Shown: positions 1 to 8,254 of the stretch, piece after piece
Numbering within the stretch: position 1 is the first letter of the stretch
Layout: each line of letters starts with the position of its first letter
Assembly (NCBI GenBank): GCA_045598895.1
Contig: JAZRUZ010000016.1
Coordinates: 1-57,296 of the forward strand
Direction of reading: 5' to 3'
Length of the DNA stretch: 57,296 nt
DNA from: Candidatus Onthoplasma sp.
Lineage (GTDB): Bacteria > Bacillota > Clostridia > Christensenellales > UBA1242
Translations under genes and position numbers: made by a program
The notes under the pieces: model-generated
The model's input: only the letters and a program-made list of their open reading frames with translations
Databases searched by the model: none
What the model was told of the DNA's origin: nothing

Positions 1-246
1 ATTTTTAATAATTTGTTTAGAAATTCCAAAATTTGTACACATTGCAATACAAGCCAAAGCGTTATATACATTGTGTTGACCAGGAATAGACAATTTAAAT
101 TCTCCAAAATAAGAATTATTTCTATAAACATCAAATTTAGGAAAACCATTTACATCATAAGTAATATTTCTTCCAACATAATTTGATTTATCATTTCTTA
201 ATATATATTGCAATTCTTCAGCACATAAGTATCTATAAACATACAT
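1..246 (-). CDS. Mur ligase family protein, MurC-like C-terminal portion (partial, runs off left edge; N-terminally truncated relative to the family, possible gene remnant)
   Basis: Open minus-strand frame from ATG 246..244 to the window edge (82 codons, not in the ORF track). The translation MYVYRYLCAEE...KLSIPGQHNVYNALACIAMCTNFGISKQIIKN carries the PG-x-HN-x-x-NALA motif found about two thirds of the way into Mur ligases. There is no room for the P-loop domain, because the ynbB-like gene ends at 309. Confidence 0.5.
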   Translation of the reverse strand, partial: MYVYRYLCAEELQYILRNDKSNYVGRNITYDVNGFPKFDVYRNNSYFGEFKLSIPGQHNVYNALACIAMCTNFGISKQIIKN

Positions 247-258
247 AAAAAAATTATA
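247..258 (-). promoter_or_regulatory. TATAAT (258..253) followed by 6 nt and the ATG of the Mur-ligase fragment; candidate leaderless start
   Basis: Minus strand reads TGTCTATAAT-TTTTTT-ATG. No Shine-Dalgarno and no convincing -35. Confidence 0.3.
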
Positions 259-288
259 GACAACTACTCTCTTTCCATACTTTATATG

Positions 289-310
289 AAAAAAGTACCT
301 ATTTGGTACT
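289..310 (-). terminator. Rho-independent terminator after the ynbB-like gene
   Basis: Minus strand AGTACC-aaata-GGTACT stem overlapping the stop codon, followed by TTTTTT. Confidence 0.7.
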
Positions 311-1550
311 AATTTCTAATTTTACCTATTGCGTGTGCTAAAGCAATTTTTCCATGCTGATAACTTAATGAACCTTGAAGATATGCAACATATGGTTCTC
401 TCATAGGTCCATCACAACTTAGTTCAATGCTACTGCCCTGATTAAAACTACCGCTTGCCATGATAATTTTATCAGCATAGCCGTCCATTTCTCCTGCTTC
501 AAGACGTGAATTGCTATCAACAGCACTCGCCTCTTGTATGCCACGGATAAATTCAGTCATTTTTGTTTTATCGTTGAAAATAATTGAACACACTATATCA
601 CTCATTGGCTTTGTTTTGTCTGGAATTGTCTTATAGCCTAATTTTTCCATCACTAAACCGGTTAATCTTGCTGTCTTTTTTGCTTCTGCAACAACATGTG
701 GCGCAAAAAACAACCCTTCAAAAAATGCTTTATAACCTAATTCATAAGAGCCAATATCAAAACCCAACGCCGGACTTGTCATTGAGTAAAGGACCATATC
801 GACAAGTTTCTCTTTTCCTGCAATATAACCACCTGTTGGCGCAATCCCACCACCGAGATTTTTAAGAAGTGAACCAATTACTAAATCGGCACCGACGTCA
901 GTAGGCTCCCTATCTTCAACAAATTCGCCGTAGCAATTATCTACAACGATTGGAGTATTTGAAATTTTTCTAATCTCTTTTATAATGCTTTCTATTTGAC
1001 TAATTGTTAAAGCATTACGTACACTATACCCTCTCGACCTTTGAATATATACTATTTTTGGATTATATTTTTTTATTCCAAGAACAATATTTTCAGTATC
1101 GAACTCTCCGTCTATTAAATCAACTTGTTTGTAGTTAATGTCAAAATCTTTTAATGAGCCAACATTTTTACCATCAACACCAAAGATAACTTGATTTAGT
1201 GTATCGTAAGGCATACCCGAAATTGAAAGCATTGTGTCTTTAGGACGAAGTAAACCAAAAAGTGTCTTTGTTATGGCTTCCGTTCCACAACTTATCAAGG
1301 GGCTAACAAATGCGGCTTCAGTATGAAAAATATCAGCAAAAACTTTGCTTATCTTTTCTTTACCAATATCATTATGACCATAGCCTGTACTTCCAAGGAA
1401 ATATGATGCTTGAATATTGTTTTTATTAAAAGCATTTAAAACTTTTAATTGATTAATATACTCTATTTCGTCTATTTCTTTGAAAAATTCTCTACAATAT
1501 TTTTCTTGTTCATTTATTAAATTTAAATCTTCATCTTTAATCTCTATCAT
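309..1550 (-). CDS. ynbB: PLP-dependent YnbB / aluminium-resistance family protein (methionine gamma-lyase-like fold)
   Basis: 413 aa. Family-typical stretches GSTGYGHNDIGKEKISKVFADIF and GSLLKNLGGGIAPTGGYIAGK. Lies downstream of miaA as in many Clostridia. GAGGAA Shine-Dalgarno 7 nt upstream. Confidence 0.8.
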   Translation of the reverse strand: MIEIKDEDLNLINEQEKYCREFFKEIDEIEYINQLKVLNAFNKNNIQASYFLGSTGYGHNDIGKEKISKVFADIFHTEAAFVSPLISCGTEAITKTLFGLLRPKDTMLSISGMPYDTLNQVIFGVDGKNVGSLKDFDINYKQVDLIDGEFDTENIVLGIKKYNPKIVYIQRSRGYSVRNALTISQIESIIKEIRKISNTPIVVDNCYGEFVEDREPTDVGADLVIGSLLKNLGGGIAPTGGYIAGKEKLVDMVLYSMTSPALGFDIGSYELGYKAFFEGLFFAPHVVAEAKKTARLTGLVMEKLGYKTIPDKTKPMSDIVCSIIFNDKTKMTEFIRGIQEASAVDSNSRLEAGEMDGYADKIIMASGSFNQGSSIELSCDGPMREPYVAYLQGSLSYQHGKIALAHAIGKIRN

Positions 1551-2433
1551 TTAGAAATTCCTCTATTTCTTTTTCTGCATCATTTATATTTACTAATTTT
1601 AAACCATTTATCGTCTTTAAAAAGGTAAGTTGTCTTTTGCAATAATTTCGTGAATGTTGTTTAATTAACTCAATAGTTTTTTCTTTAGTTTGTTTGTTTT
1701 GAAAATAATCGAACCATTCTTTATAACCTATTGAATTCATTGATTGACTATCTCTATTTACCCCTTGAGAAACAAGTGACCTTACCTCATTTTCTAAGCC
1801 GTCAGCAAGCATTTCATCTACTCTATTATCTATCCTTTTATAAATCTGCTCTCTATCAGCAACAATACCTAAGGATAAGACATCTAAGCCCTCTAAAATA
1901 TATTTTTTTTCGCTATATTTATTTCCATTTTTTGCAATATCAATATAACGAATAACGCGTTTTAAATTATTGAAATGTACTCGACTTGCGAGGTTCTCAT
2001 CAAGCGAATTTAATTCGTCCCAAACAGCAATATTGCCTTTATCTTTTGCCATGTTCTCATAGTATTGTCTTAACTCAAAATCAGTTTCGACTCCACCTAA
2101 TGAATAGCCTTCAAGGAGTGCTTTAATATAAAGCCCTGTACCACCCACTATAATAGGTAATTTGTCTCTATCAAAGCAATCTTTAATAGCCTTTTCTACG
2201 TCTAGCAAAAACTCGCCAACATTATATGTTTCATTAAAATTTTTAATATCGATAAGATGATGCTTAACTTGCTTTAACGCGTCCAAATCTTTAGCGCTTC
2301 CAATATCTAGACCTTTATAAATTTGCACGCTATCTGCCGAAATAATTTCTCCATTGTGTTTCAAGGCAGTTTTTAATGCTAAACCACTCTTACCACTCGC
2401 AGTTAAGCCTGTAATTATAACTATTTTTTTCAT
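1537..2433 (-). CDS. miaA: tRNA dimethylallyltransferase
   Basis: 298 aa with P-loop GLTASGKSGLAL. Start is 1 nt after the mutL stop. Conserved mutS-mutL-miaA order. Confidence 0.93.
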   Translation of the reverse strand: MKKIVIITGLTASGKSGLALKTALKHNGEIISADSVQIYKGLDIGSAKDLDALKQVKHHLIDIKNFNETYNVGEFLLDVEKAIKDCFDRDKLPIIVGGTGLYIKALLEGYSLGGVETDFELRQYYENMAKDKGNIAVWDELNSLDENLASRVHFNNLKRVIRYIDIAKNGNKYSEKKYILEGLDVLSLGIVADREQIYKRIDNRVDEMLADGLENEVRSLVSQGVNRDSQSMNSIGYKEWFDYFQNKQTKEKTIELIKQHSRNYCKRQLTFLKTINGLKLVNINDAEKEIEEFLNDRD

Positions 2434-2434
2434 A

Positions 2435-4303
2435 CTACACTATTCTTTTAAACCACTTCTCTATTTGAGATTTTGGTACTACAGAAATAACAGGTCTGCC
2501 ATGAGGACACAATAAAACAGGATTTAAAATATCAAGATTTTTTAACAATTCTCTAATTTCTAATTCGCTTAAACTCATGCCACTTTTAACACTTGATTTA
2601 CATGCTTTCTGCATTAAATAATGTTTAATTTCATTGTCCATTTTTGGACGAAGATTTTTCATATCGTGTAAAATATCATCTATGAAATTTTTAATATTTA
2701 TGTCTTTAAGTAGAACAGGTATTGAACTTATAATAATGCTGTTATCCTCAAATTGTTCAATCTCAAAACCCAATGAATTCAATTCAACTTTCAGCGATAA
2801 AATATAATTTAATTCTTCTGGACTAACTTTTACAACATAAGGCACTAGCAAGTCTTGAGTGACCAATTCTTTTTTATTTAAGATTTCACAGAATTTATCA
2901 TAATTTAATCTTTCGTGGCCAGCATGAAAGTCCAATAAAATCATGTTGTCGCCTTGCTCTAAAACAATAAATTCGTTAAATATCTCTCCAACGATTTTAT
3001 AATCAACAAAGTCTTTAATGTCTTTTAAATTGGATGTTGTATTTTCTTCATCCTTAATTAAAGAATTTACAGTATCCTTGCTTTCTTTAATTTCGTTATT
3101 AACAATATTTCCATTAACATTATTTGTTTCTTTCTTTAAATCAAAGATAGTTATAGGACTAAAAGTTTCTTGTTTAAAAGTTAAATTAGGTGTATTGTTT
3201 TTAATTTCTACAGGCGAAATTTCAATTTCTTTTAAATCATTTAAATCATCTTGAATTAAGAAAGATTTTGCCTGATTTTCTTTAATTTCAACACTTCCCT
3301 GATCATCGTTTTTTTCATTTAAAGATTTATATATCGCCCTACTAACTGCACTATAAACCAAATCATAAATTAAGTCTTGTCTAGCGAATTTAACTGTCAT
3401 CTTATTTGGATGAACATTTACATCTAATTCAACATTAGGCATCTCTAAATTAAGTACAAACACAGGAAATTGTCTAGGCATCAAATACTGTTCAAATGCC
3501 ATAAAGACAGCCTTTGAAACTATTTCATCAGTAACATATCTATTGTTAATGATTAGCGTTTGATGTGTAGTATTTGGCTTACTAAATCCAACTTTTGAAA
3601 TGTAACCAGATAATTTATAGTTATTTTCAGTGTTTTCAATATACATCATATTTTGTGTATATTCTTTTCCATAAACACTATATATTGCATTTAATAATCC
3701 ATCACCTTTGGTTTGGTAATAGATTTCACCATCAATAATATATTTAAAACTAACAAGAGGATTTGCTAAAATATAGCGAGATACAATGTTAGTTATTTGA
3801 TTTGCTTCAATATATGGCTTCTTTAAAAACTTTCTTCTAGCAGGAGTATTATAAAATAAATTTTTTACTTCAATCTTTGTTCCATTATCACTAGAGGTTG
3901 CATTAATTTCACCGAAATCGCCACCATTGACACTTAATTCGTACGCACAATCGCTATCGCCCTTTTTAGTAATTAAATGTGTTTGACTGACATTTGAAAT
4001 ACTAGCGAGTGCCTCGCCTCTAAATCCTAAGGTTAAAATATTGTCAAGGTCTACAATATCTTTTATTTTACTTGTAGCGTGTGGTAAAAATGCCTTTTTC
4101 ATGTCATCATAATCAATACCCTTACCATTGTCTTTGACACTTATTAAGTCAATACCACCATTTTTAATTTCAATAGTGATTTTATCACTTCCAGCATCAA
4201 GAGAATTGTCAATCAACTCTTTTACGATCGAAAAAGGACTTTCAACAACCTCACCTGCTGAAATTCTGTTAATTATAAAACTATCTAAAATATTTATTGC
4301 CAT
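2435..4303 (-). CDS. mutL: DNA mismatch repair protein MutL
   Basis: 622 aa. GHKL ATPase N-terminus (IAAGEVVESP-like RISAGEVVESPFSIVKELIDNSLDAG, DNGKGI, GFRGEALASI). Follows mutS. Confidence 0.96.
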   Translation of the reverse strand: MAINILDSFIINRISAGEVVESPFSIVKELIDNSLDAGSDKITIEIKNGGIDLISVKDNGKGIDYDDMKKAFLPHATSKIKDIVDLDNILTLGFRGEALASISNVSQTHLITKKGDSDCAYELSVNGGDFGEINATSSDNGTKIEVKNLFYNTPARRKFLKKPYIEANQITNIVSRYILANPLVSFKYIIDGEIYYQTKGDGLLNAIYSVYGKEYTQNMMYIENTENNYKLSGYISKVGFSKPNTTHQTLIINNRYVTDEIVSKAVFMAFEQYLMPRQFPVFVLNLEMPNVELDVNVHPNKMTVKFARQDLIYDLVYSAVSRAIYKSLNEKNDDQGSVEIKENQAKSFLIQDDLNDLKEIEISPVEIKNNTPNLTFKQETFSPITIFDLKKETNNVNGNIVNNEIKESKDTVNSLIKDEENTTSNLKDIKDFVDYKIVGEIFNEFIVLEQGDNMILLDFHAGHERLNYDKFCEILNKKELVTQDLLVPYVVKVSPEELNYILSLKVELNSLGFEIEQFEDNSIIISSIPVLLKDINIKNFIDDILHDMKNLRPKMDNEIKHYLMQKACKSSVKSGMSLSELEIRELLKNLDILNPVLLCPHGRPVISVVPKSQIEKWFKRIV

Positions 4304-4309
4304 AACACT

Positions 4310-6847
4310 CTACTTTGATATATCTTTTAAATGTGCCAAAGTTTCAAAGGCATCCATTGGTGACATTTTGTTTAAATCAATTTCTCGAATAATATTTTCT
4401 ACTTCACTAGATTTATTTGTCTCGACTTTACCCTTTTCTAATTCAGATAAAATTTCCTTTGCTCTTGCGATTATGCTGTCAGGAATACCTGCAAGATCAG
4501 CCACTTCTATTCCATAACTTCTTGTAGCACTTCCACGCATAATCTTTCGTAAGAAAACAAGTTTACCACCTATTTCTTTAATGGAAATACAGAAATTTTT
4601 AACCCCATCTAGAAGCCCTTCTAATTGCATCAATTCGTGATAATGTGTAGCAAACATAGTCTTTGCTTTTAGGTTCTTAGAAAGGTACTCTACGATAGAC
4701 CAAGCGATAGACAATCCGTCAAAAGTGGACGTTCCACGACCAACTTCGTCTAAAATAATTAAACTATCGTTTGTGCAAAACCTTAATATATTAGCAACCT
4801 CTATCATTTCTACCATAAACGTAGATTGTCCAACTGCTAAATCGTCGCTTGCGCCAATTCGTGTGAAAATTCGGTCGGTAACGCAAATTTCAGCCTTGCT
4901 TGCTGGTACAAATGAACCAATGTGTGCCATTAATGTAATTAGAGCTACCTGTCTCATATAAGTTGACTTACCAGCCATATTTGGTCCGGTTAAAATCATA
5001 GTTCTAAAATCTAAATCATCTAATGTGCAATCGTTTGGTATGAAGTCTGCCTTATTCATTTTTTCAACGATTGGATGACGACCATTTTCGATATTTATTG
5101 TGTGGTCGGTCCTTATTATTGGTCGAACATAATTATTGTCAATTGACACTTTCGCGAGCGAATAAACAACATCAATAGTAGACAGCGCCATTGCTACTTG
5201 TTGCATTTCTGTTAAGTAATTCATTAGTTTTGATTTGAATTCCATGAATATAACTTCTTCTAATTTGATTGCACCATCATGACTAGAAACGACTTGCTCT
5301 TCAAATTTCTTCAATTCTTCGGTTATATATCTTTCTGTTGTTGTGGTAGTCTGTTTTCTAATATAGTTAAATGGAACTAAATCAACATCTTTTTTACTTA
5401 CTTCTAAAAAGTAACCAAATACTTTATTATAGCCAATCTTAATTGATTTAATGCCTGTAGCTTCACGTTCTCTTGCCTGAATTGAAAGAATTATGTTTTC
5501 TGCATTAGAACGCATATTCCTTAATTCGTCAAGTTGGTTATTGAAGCCTTCTTTTATGTAACCTCCCTCTTTTAAAACATTATGAGGTTCGTCACTGATT
5601 GTTTCTTTAATCATATTTGCGATTGGAGTTAAATCTATTAATTCGTCAGATAGTTTAAAAAAATTTGGTTCATTTAAAGCGTTAATTAAATTTTTAATAT
5701 AAGGAATTTCACTTAAAGAATTACTTAAAGCAATACATTCTTTAGGAGTTATGTTTCCATAAGAAATTCTAGCAACAAATCTCTCTATGTCTTGTATTTT
5801 ATCTAAATGCAAAGCTAAATCTTGCATTGTTAAAGGATTATCTAGTAAGACTGAAATCATGTTTAATCTGGCATCAATTTTTTCTTTATTTTGAAGTGGT
5901 TGCCTTACCCACGATTTTAAAAGTCTACTTCCTCCTGAAGTCAACGTTTGATCTAAAAGCCAAATTAGTGAGCCGGTCTTTCCTTTTTCATGCATAGGAG
6001 ATTCTATTTCAAGGTTGCGTCTAGTCCTGTTGTCAATATACATATATTGATTATCACTGACAACTTTAGGGAATTTAATGTGCTTTAATTCCCTTTTTTG
6101 AGTTTCCTTAAAATATTCAAACAATGCTCCGGTTGAAATAATACAGCCCTTGATATTAAAGTCAAAACCTTTAAGGCTAGATAATCTATATTGCTTTAAA
6201 ACATTGTTTTCAGCTGATTCATAATTAAATGCCCAATCATAATATTCATTAAATTTAATCTTATCAGCCATAGAATTTGAAACATTATTAAATATTTCAA
6301 TAGCAGAATTATTGCAAATAATCTCAGCAGGATTAATTTTTACTATTAAATCTTGCAAATACGTATTTAAATCATCACCAGCGTATTCATTAACACAAAC
6401 TTCGCCTGTTGAAATATCTGCATAAGTATAAGATAATGTGTTCTTATTTACATACACACACAACATATAGGCGTTTGTTTCATCATCAACTATAGCTGAG
6501 TCAATAGCAGTACCAGGCGTAATAATACGCACAACTTCTCTTTGCATTACTCCGTTTACTATATTATCGGTCTGTTCGCAAATTGCTACTTTATACCCTT
6601 TTTGTATTAGTCTTTGAAGATATGGTTCGTATGAATGATAAGGTATACCACACATTGGTGCTCTATCTTCAATACCACAATCTTTTCCGGTTAAAACTAA
6701 GTCCAACTCTTTACTACAAATTTTAGCATCTTCGTAAAACATCTCGTAAAAATCGCCTAAGCGATAAAAAAGTATGCAATCTTTATAAAGTTCTTTTGTT
6801 GCTAAATATTGCGTCATCATTGGAGATAATTCGTCTTGTTTACTCAT
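4310..6847 (-). CDS. mutS: DNA mismatch repair protein MutS
   Basis: Walker A GPNMAGKST and N-terminal TPMMxQY-like SPMMTQYL. The ATG at 6847 is preceded by AGGAG. The ORF track starts one codon earlier at TTG 6850. Overlaps the miaB stop. Confidence 0.96.
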   Translation of the reverse strand: MSKQDELSPMMTQYLATKELYKDCILFYRLGDFYEMFYEDAKICSKELDLVLTGKDCGIEDRAPMCGIPYHSYEPYLQRLIQKGYKVAICEQTDNIVNGVMQREVVRIITPGTAIDSAIVDDETNAYMLCVYVNKNTLSYTYADISTGEVCVNEYAGDDLNTYLQDLIVKINPAEIICNNSAIEIFNNVSNSMADKIKFNEYYDWAFNYESAENNVLKQYRLSSLKGFDFNIKGCIISTGALFEYFKETQKRELKHIKFPKVVSDNQYMYIDNRTRRNLEIESPMHEKGKTGSLIWLLDQTLTSGGSRLLKSWVRQPLQNKEKIDARLNMISVLLDNPLTMQDLALHLDKIQDIERFVARISYGNITPKECIALSNSLSEIPYIKNLINALNEPNFFKLSDELIDLTPIANMIKETISDEPHNVLKEGGYIKEGFNNQLDELRNMRSNAENIILSIQAREREATGIKSIKIGYNKVFGYFLEVSKKDVDLVPFNYIRKQTTTTTERYITEELKKFEEQVVSSHDGAIKLEEVIFMEFKSKLMNYLTEMQQVAMALSTIDVVYSLAKVSIDNNYVRPIIRTDHTINIENGRHPIVEKMNKADFIPNDCTLDDLDFRTMILTGPNMAGKSTYMRQVALITLMAHIGSFVPASKAEICVTDRIFTRIGASDDLAVGQSTFMVEMIEVANILRFCTNDSLIILDEVGRGTSTFDGLSIAWSIVEYLSKNLKAKTMFATHYHELMQLEGLLDGVKNFCISIKEIGGKLVFLRKIMRGSATRSYGIEVADLAGIPDSIIARAKEILSELEKGKVETNKSSEVENIIREIDLNKMSPMDAFETLAHLKDISK

Positions 6848-8168
6848 CAATAACTCCTGATAGTTTATGATTTCTTATTCCTTCGGCCTTTACCCACGTA
6901 AAATAATTCTCGTTGTTAAATTTATAGGTAGGAAGATAAATCTCTCTACCTCCGTCAGTTAAGCCTATCGCTACGCCGTTTGCGAATTTAATTAAGCAAT
7001 TGTATGATTTTTTAAGGCATTTTTTAAGCAAGTCTTTTTGTATAATTTTTTGTTGACGTAAAATCTTATTTACTCTAATGTTTTTTACTTCTTCAGGCAC
7101 TTGCTCAGTAAAAATAGAGGCTGGTGTACCACTACGCTTTGAGTACATAAAAGCAAAAATTTGGTCATATTTTACCTTTTTAATAAGTTTAATAGTAGCA
7201 TTAAAATCTGCTTCAGTTTCTCCAGGGAAGCCTACTATTATATCAGTAGATAAAGAGATATTAGGAATGGCGCGTTTTACCTTTTTAATAGCCCTCATGT
7301 ATTCTCTTGCATTGTAATGCCTGTTCATTTTTTCCAAAATTTTACTACTACCAGATTGAACAGGAAGATGAAGCGCTTTTGCAATTTTACTTTCGTTTTT
7401 CATAACTTCAATTAAATCATCGCCAAAATCCATAGGGTGTGAAGTCATAAATTTAATTTTAAAGTCCCCTTCAATTTTACATAATTCGGTTAAAAGATTA
7501 GCAAAAGTTGTTTTGTTCTCTAAATCTTTTCCGTAGGAATTAACATTTTGACCCAATAACGTAATGTATTTATATCCTTGATTTTGAACTAAATCTTTAA
7601 CTTCGTTATAAATTTCAACTAGTTCCCTACTTTTCTCTCTACCACGGACGTACGGAACTATACAATAAGTACAATACTTATCGCAACCATAAATAATATT
7701 TACATACGCATTAATTTTGTCATCTCTTATGCAAGATTTTGTATCCATTGATGAAATAGGCCCATCTAGAATTTCATAAATTCGTTTTCTCTTTTGACTT
7801 AAAGCCAATAAGTGATCACCTATAGCGTTGATATTATGAGTTCCAACAACAATATCTACAAAAGGAAGTTTTTTCTTTAAATCGTATTTTCCTGATTTTT
7901 GTTGTGACATACAACCACAAACAATAATTACCTTATCAGGATTTTCTTTTTTTGATTTTTTTAAAGCCATAATGTTGTTATATGCCCTGTCTTCAGCGCC
8001 TTCTCTTATACAACATGTATTGAAAACAACAACATCAGCCTTAACAGGATCAGAAATTTCACTCATATCAAAAGATGAAAGAATACCACGAATTTTTTCA
8101 GATTCGTGAATATTCATTTGACAACCGTAGGTTACAACACAAAACTTCTTACCACTAAAATTTTCCAT
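6840..8168 (-). CDS. miaB: tRNA-2-methylthio-N6-dimethylallyladenosine synthase (radical SAM methylthiotransferase)
   Basis: 442 aa. N-terminal TYGCQMN cluster motif, radical-SAM CDKYCTYC, C-terminal TRAM region. Confidence 0.94.
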   Translation of the reverse strand: MENFSGKKFCVVTYGCQMNIHESEKIRGILSSFDMSEISDPVKADVVVFNTCCIREGAEDRAYNNIMALKKSKKENPDKVIIVCGCMSQQKSGKYDLKKKLPFVDIVVGTHNINAIGDHLLALSQKRKRIYEILDGPISSMDTKSCIRDDKINAYVNIIYGCDKYCTYCIVPYVRGREKSRELVEIYNEVKDLVQNQGYKYITLLGQNVNSYGKDLENKTTFANLLTELCKIEGDFKIKFMTSHPMDFGDDLIEVMKNESKIAKALHLPVQSGSSKILEKMNRHYNAREYMRAIKKVKRAIPNISLSTDIIVGFPGETEADFNATIKLIKKVKYDQIFAFMYSKRSGTPASIFTEQVPEEVKNIRVNKILRQQKIIQKDLLKKCLKKSYNCLIKFANGVAIGLTDGGREIYLPTYKFNNENYFTWVKAEGIRNHKLSGVIDE

Positions 8169-8203
8169 GATTTAATTATAATACAAATTTTGATATTTTT
8201 CAA
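8169..8203 (-). promoter_or_regulatory. Sigma-A type promoter placed for a leaderless miaB transcript
   Basis: Minus strand: TTGAAA (8203..8198), 17 nt, TATAAT (8180..8175), 6 nt (TAAATC), ATG 8168. No Shine-Dalgarno. Confidence 0.6.
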
Positions 8204-8215
8204 CTAAATTTTACT

Positions 8216-8237
8216 ATTACTAATTAAAATTAGTAAT
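8216..8237. promoter_or_regulatory. Perfect 10-2-10 inverted repeat ATTACTAATT-AA-AATTAGTAAT in the miaB / PBP1A divergent intergenic region (operator-like)
   Basis: Read directly. The arms are exact reverse complements. No gene ends here, so it is not a terminator. Confidence 0.45.
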
Positions 8238-8254
8238 TTGCAAATAATACTTCA

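Noticed and set aside
8243-8254. A possible leaderless arrangement for PBP1A (AATAAT-6 nt-ATG) with no Shine-Dalgarno.
   Set aside because: The hexamer lacks the conserved first T, no -35 is at a usable distance, and the TG is misplaced for an extended -10. It is noted but not called.
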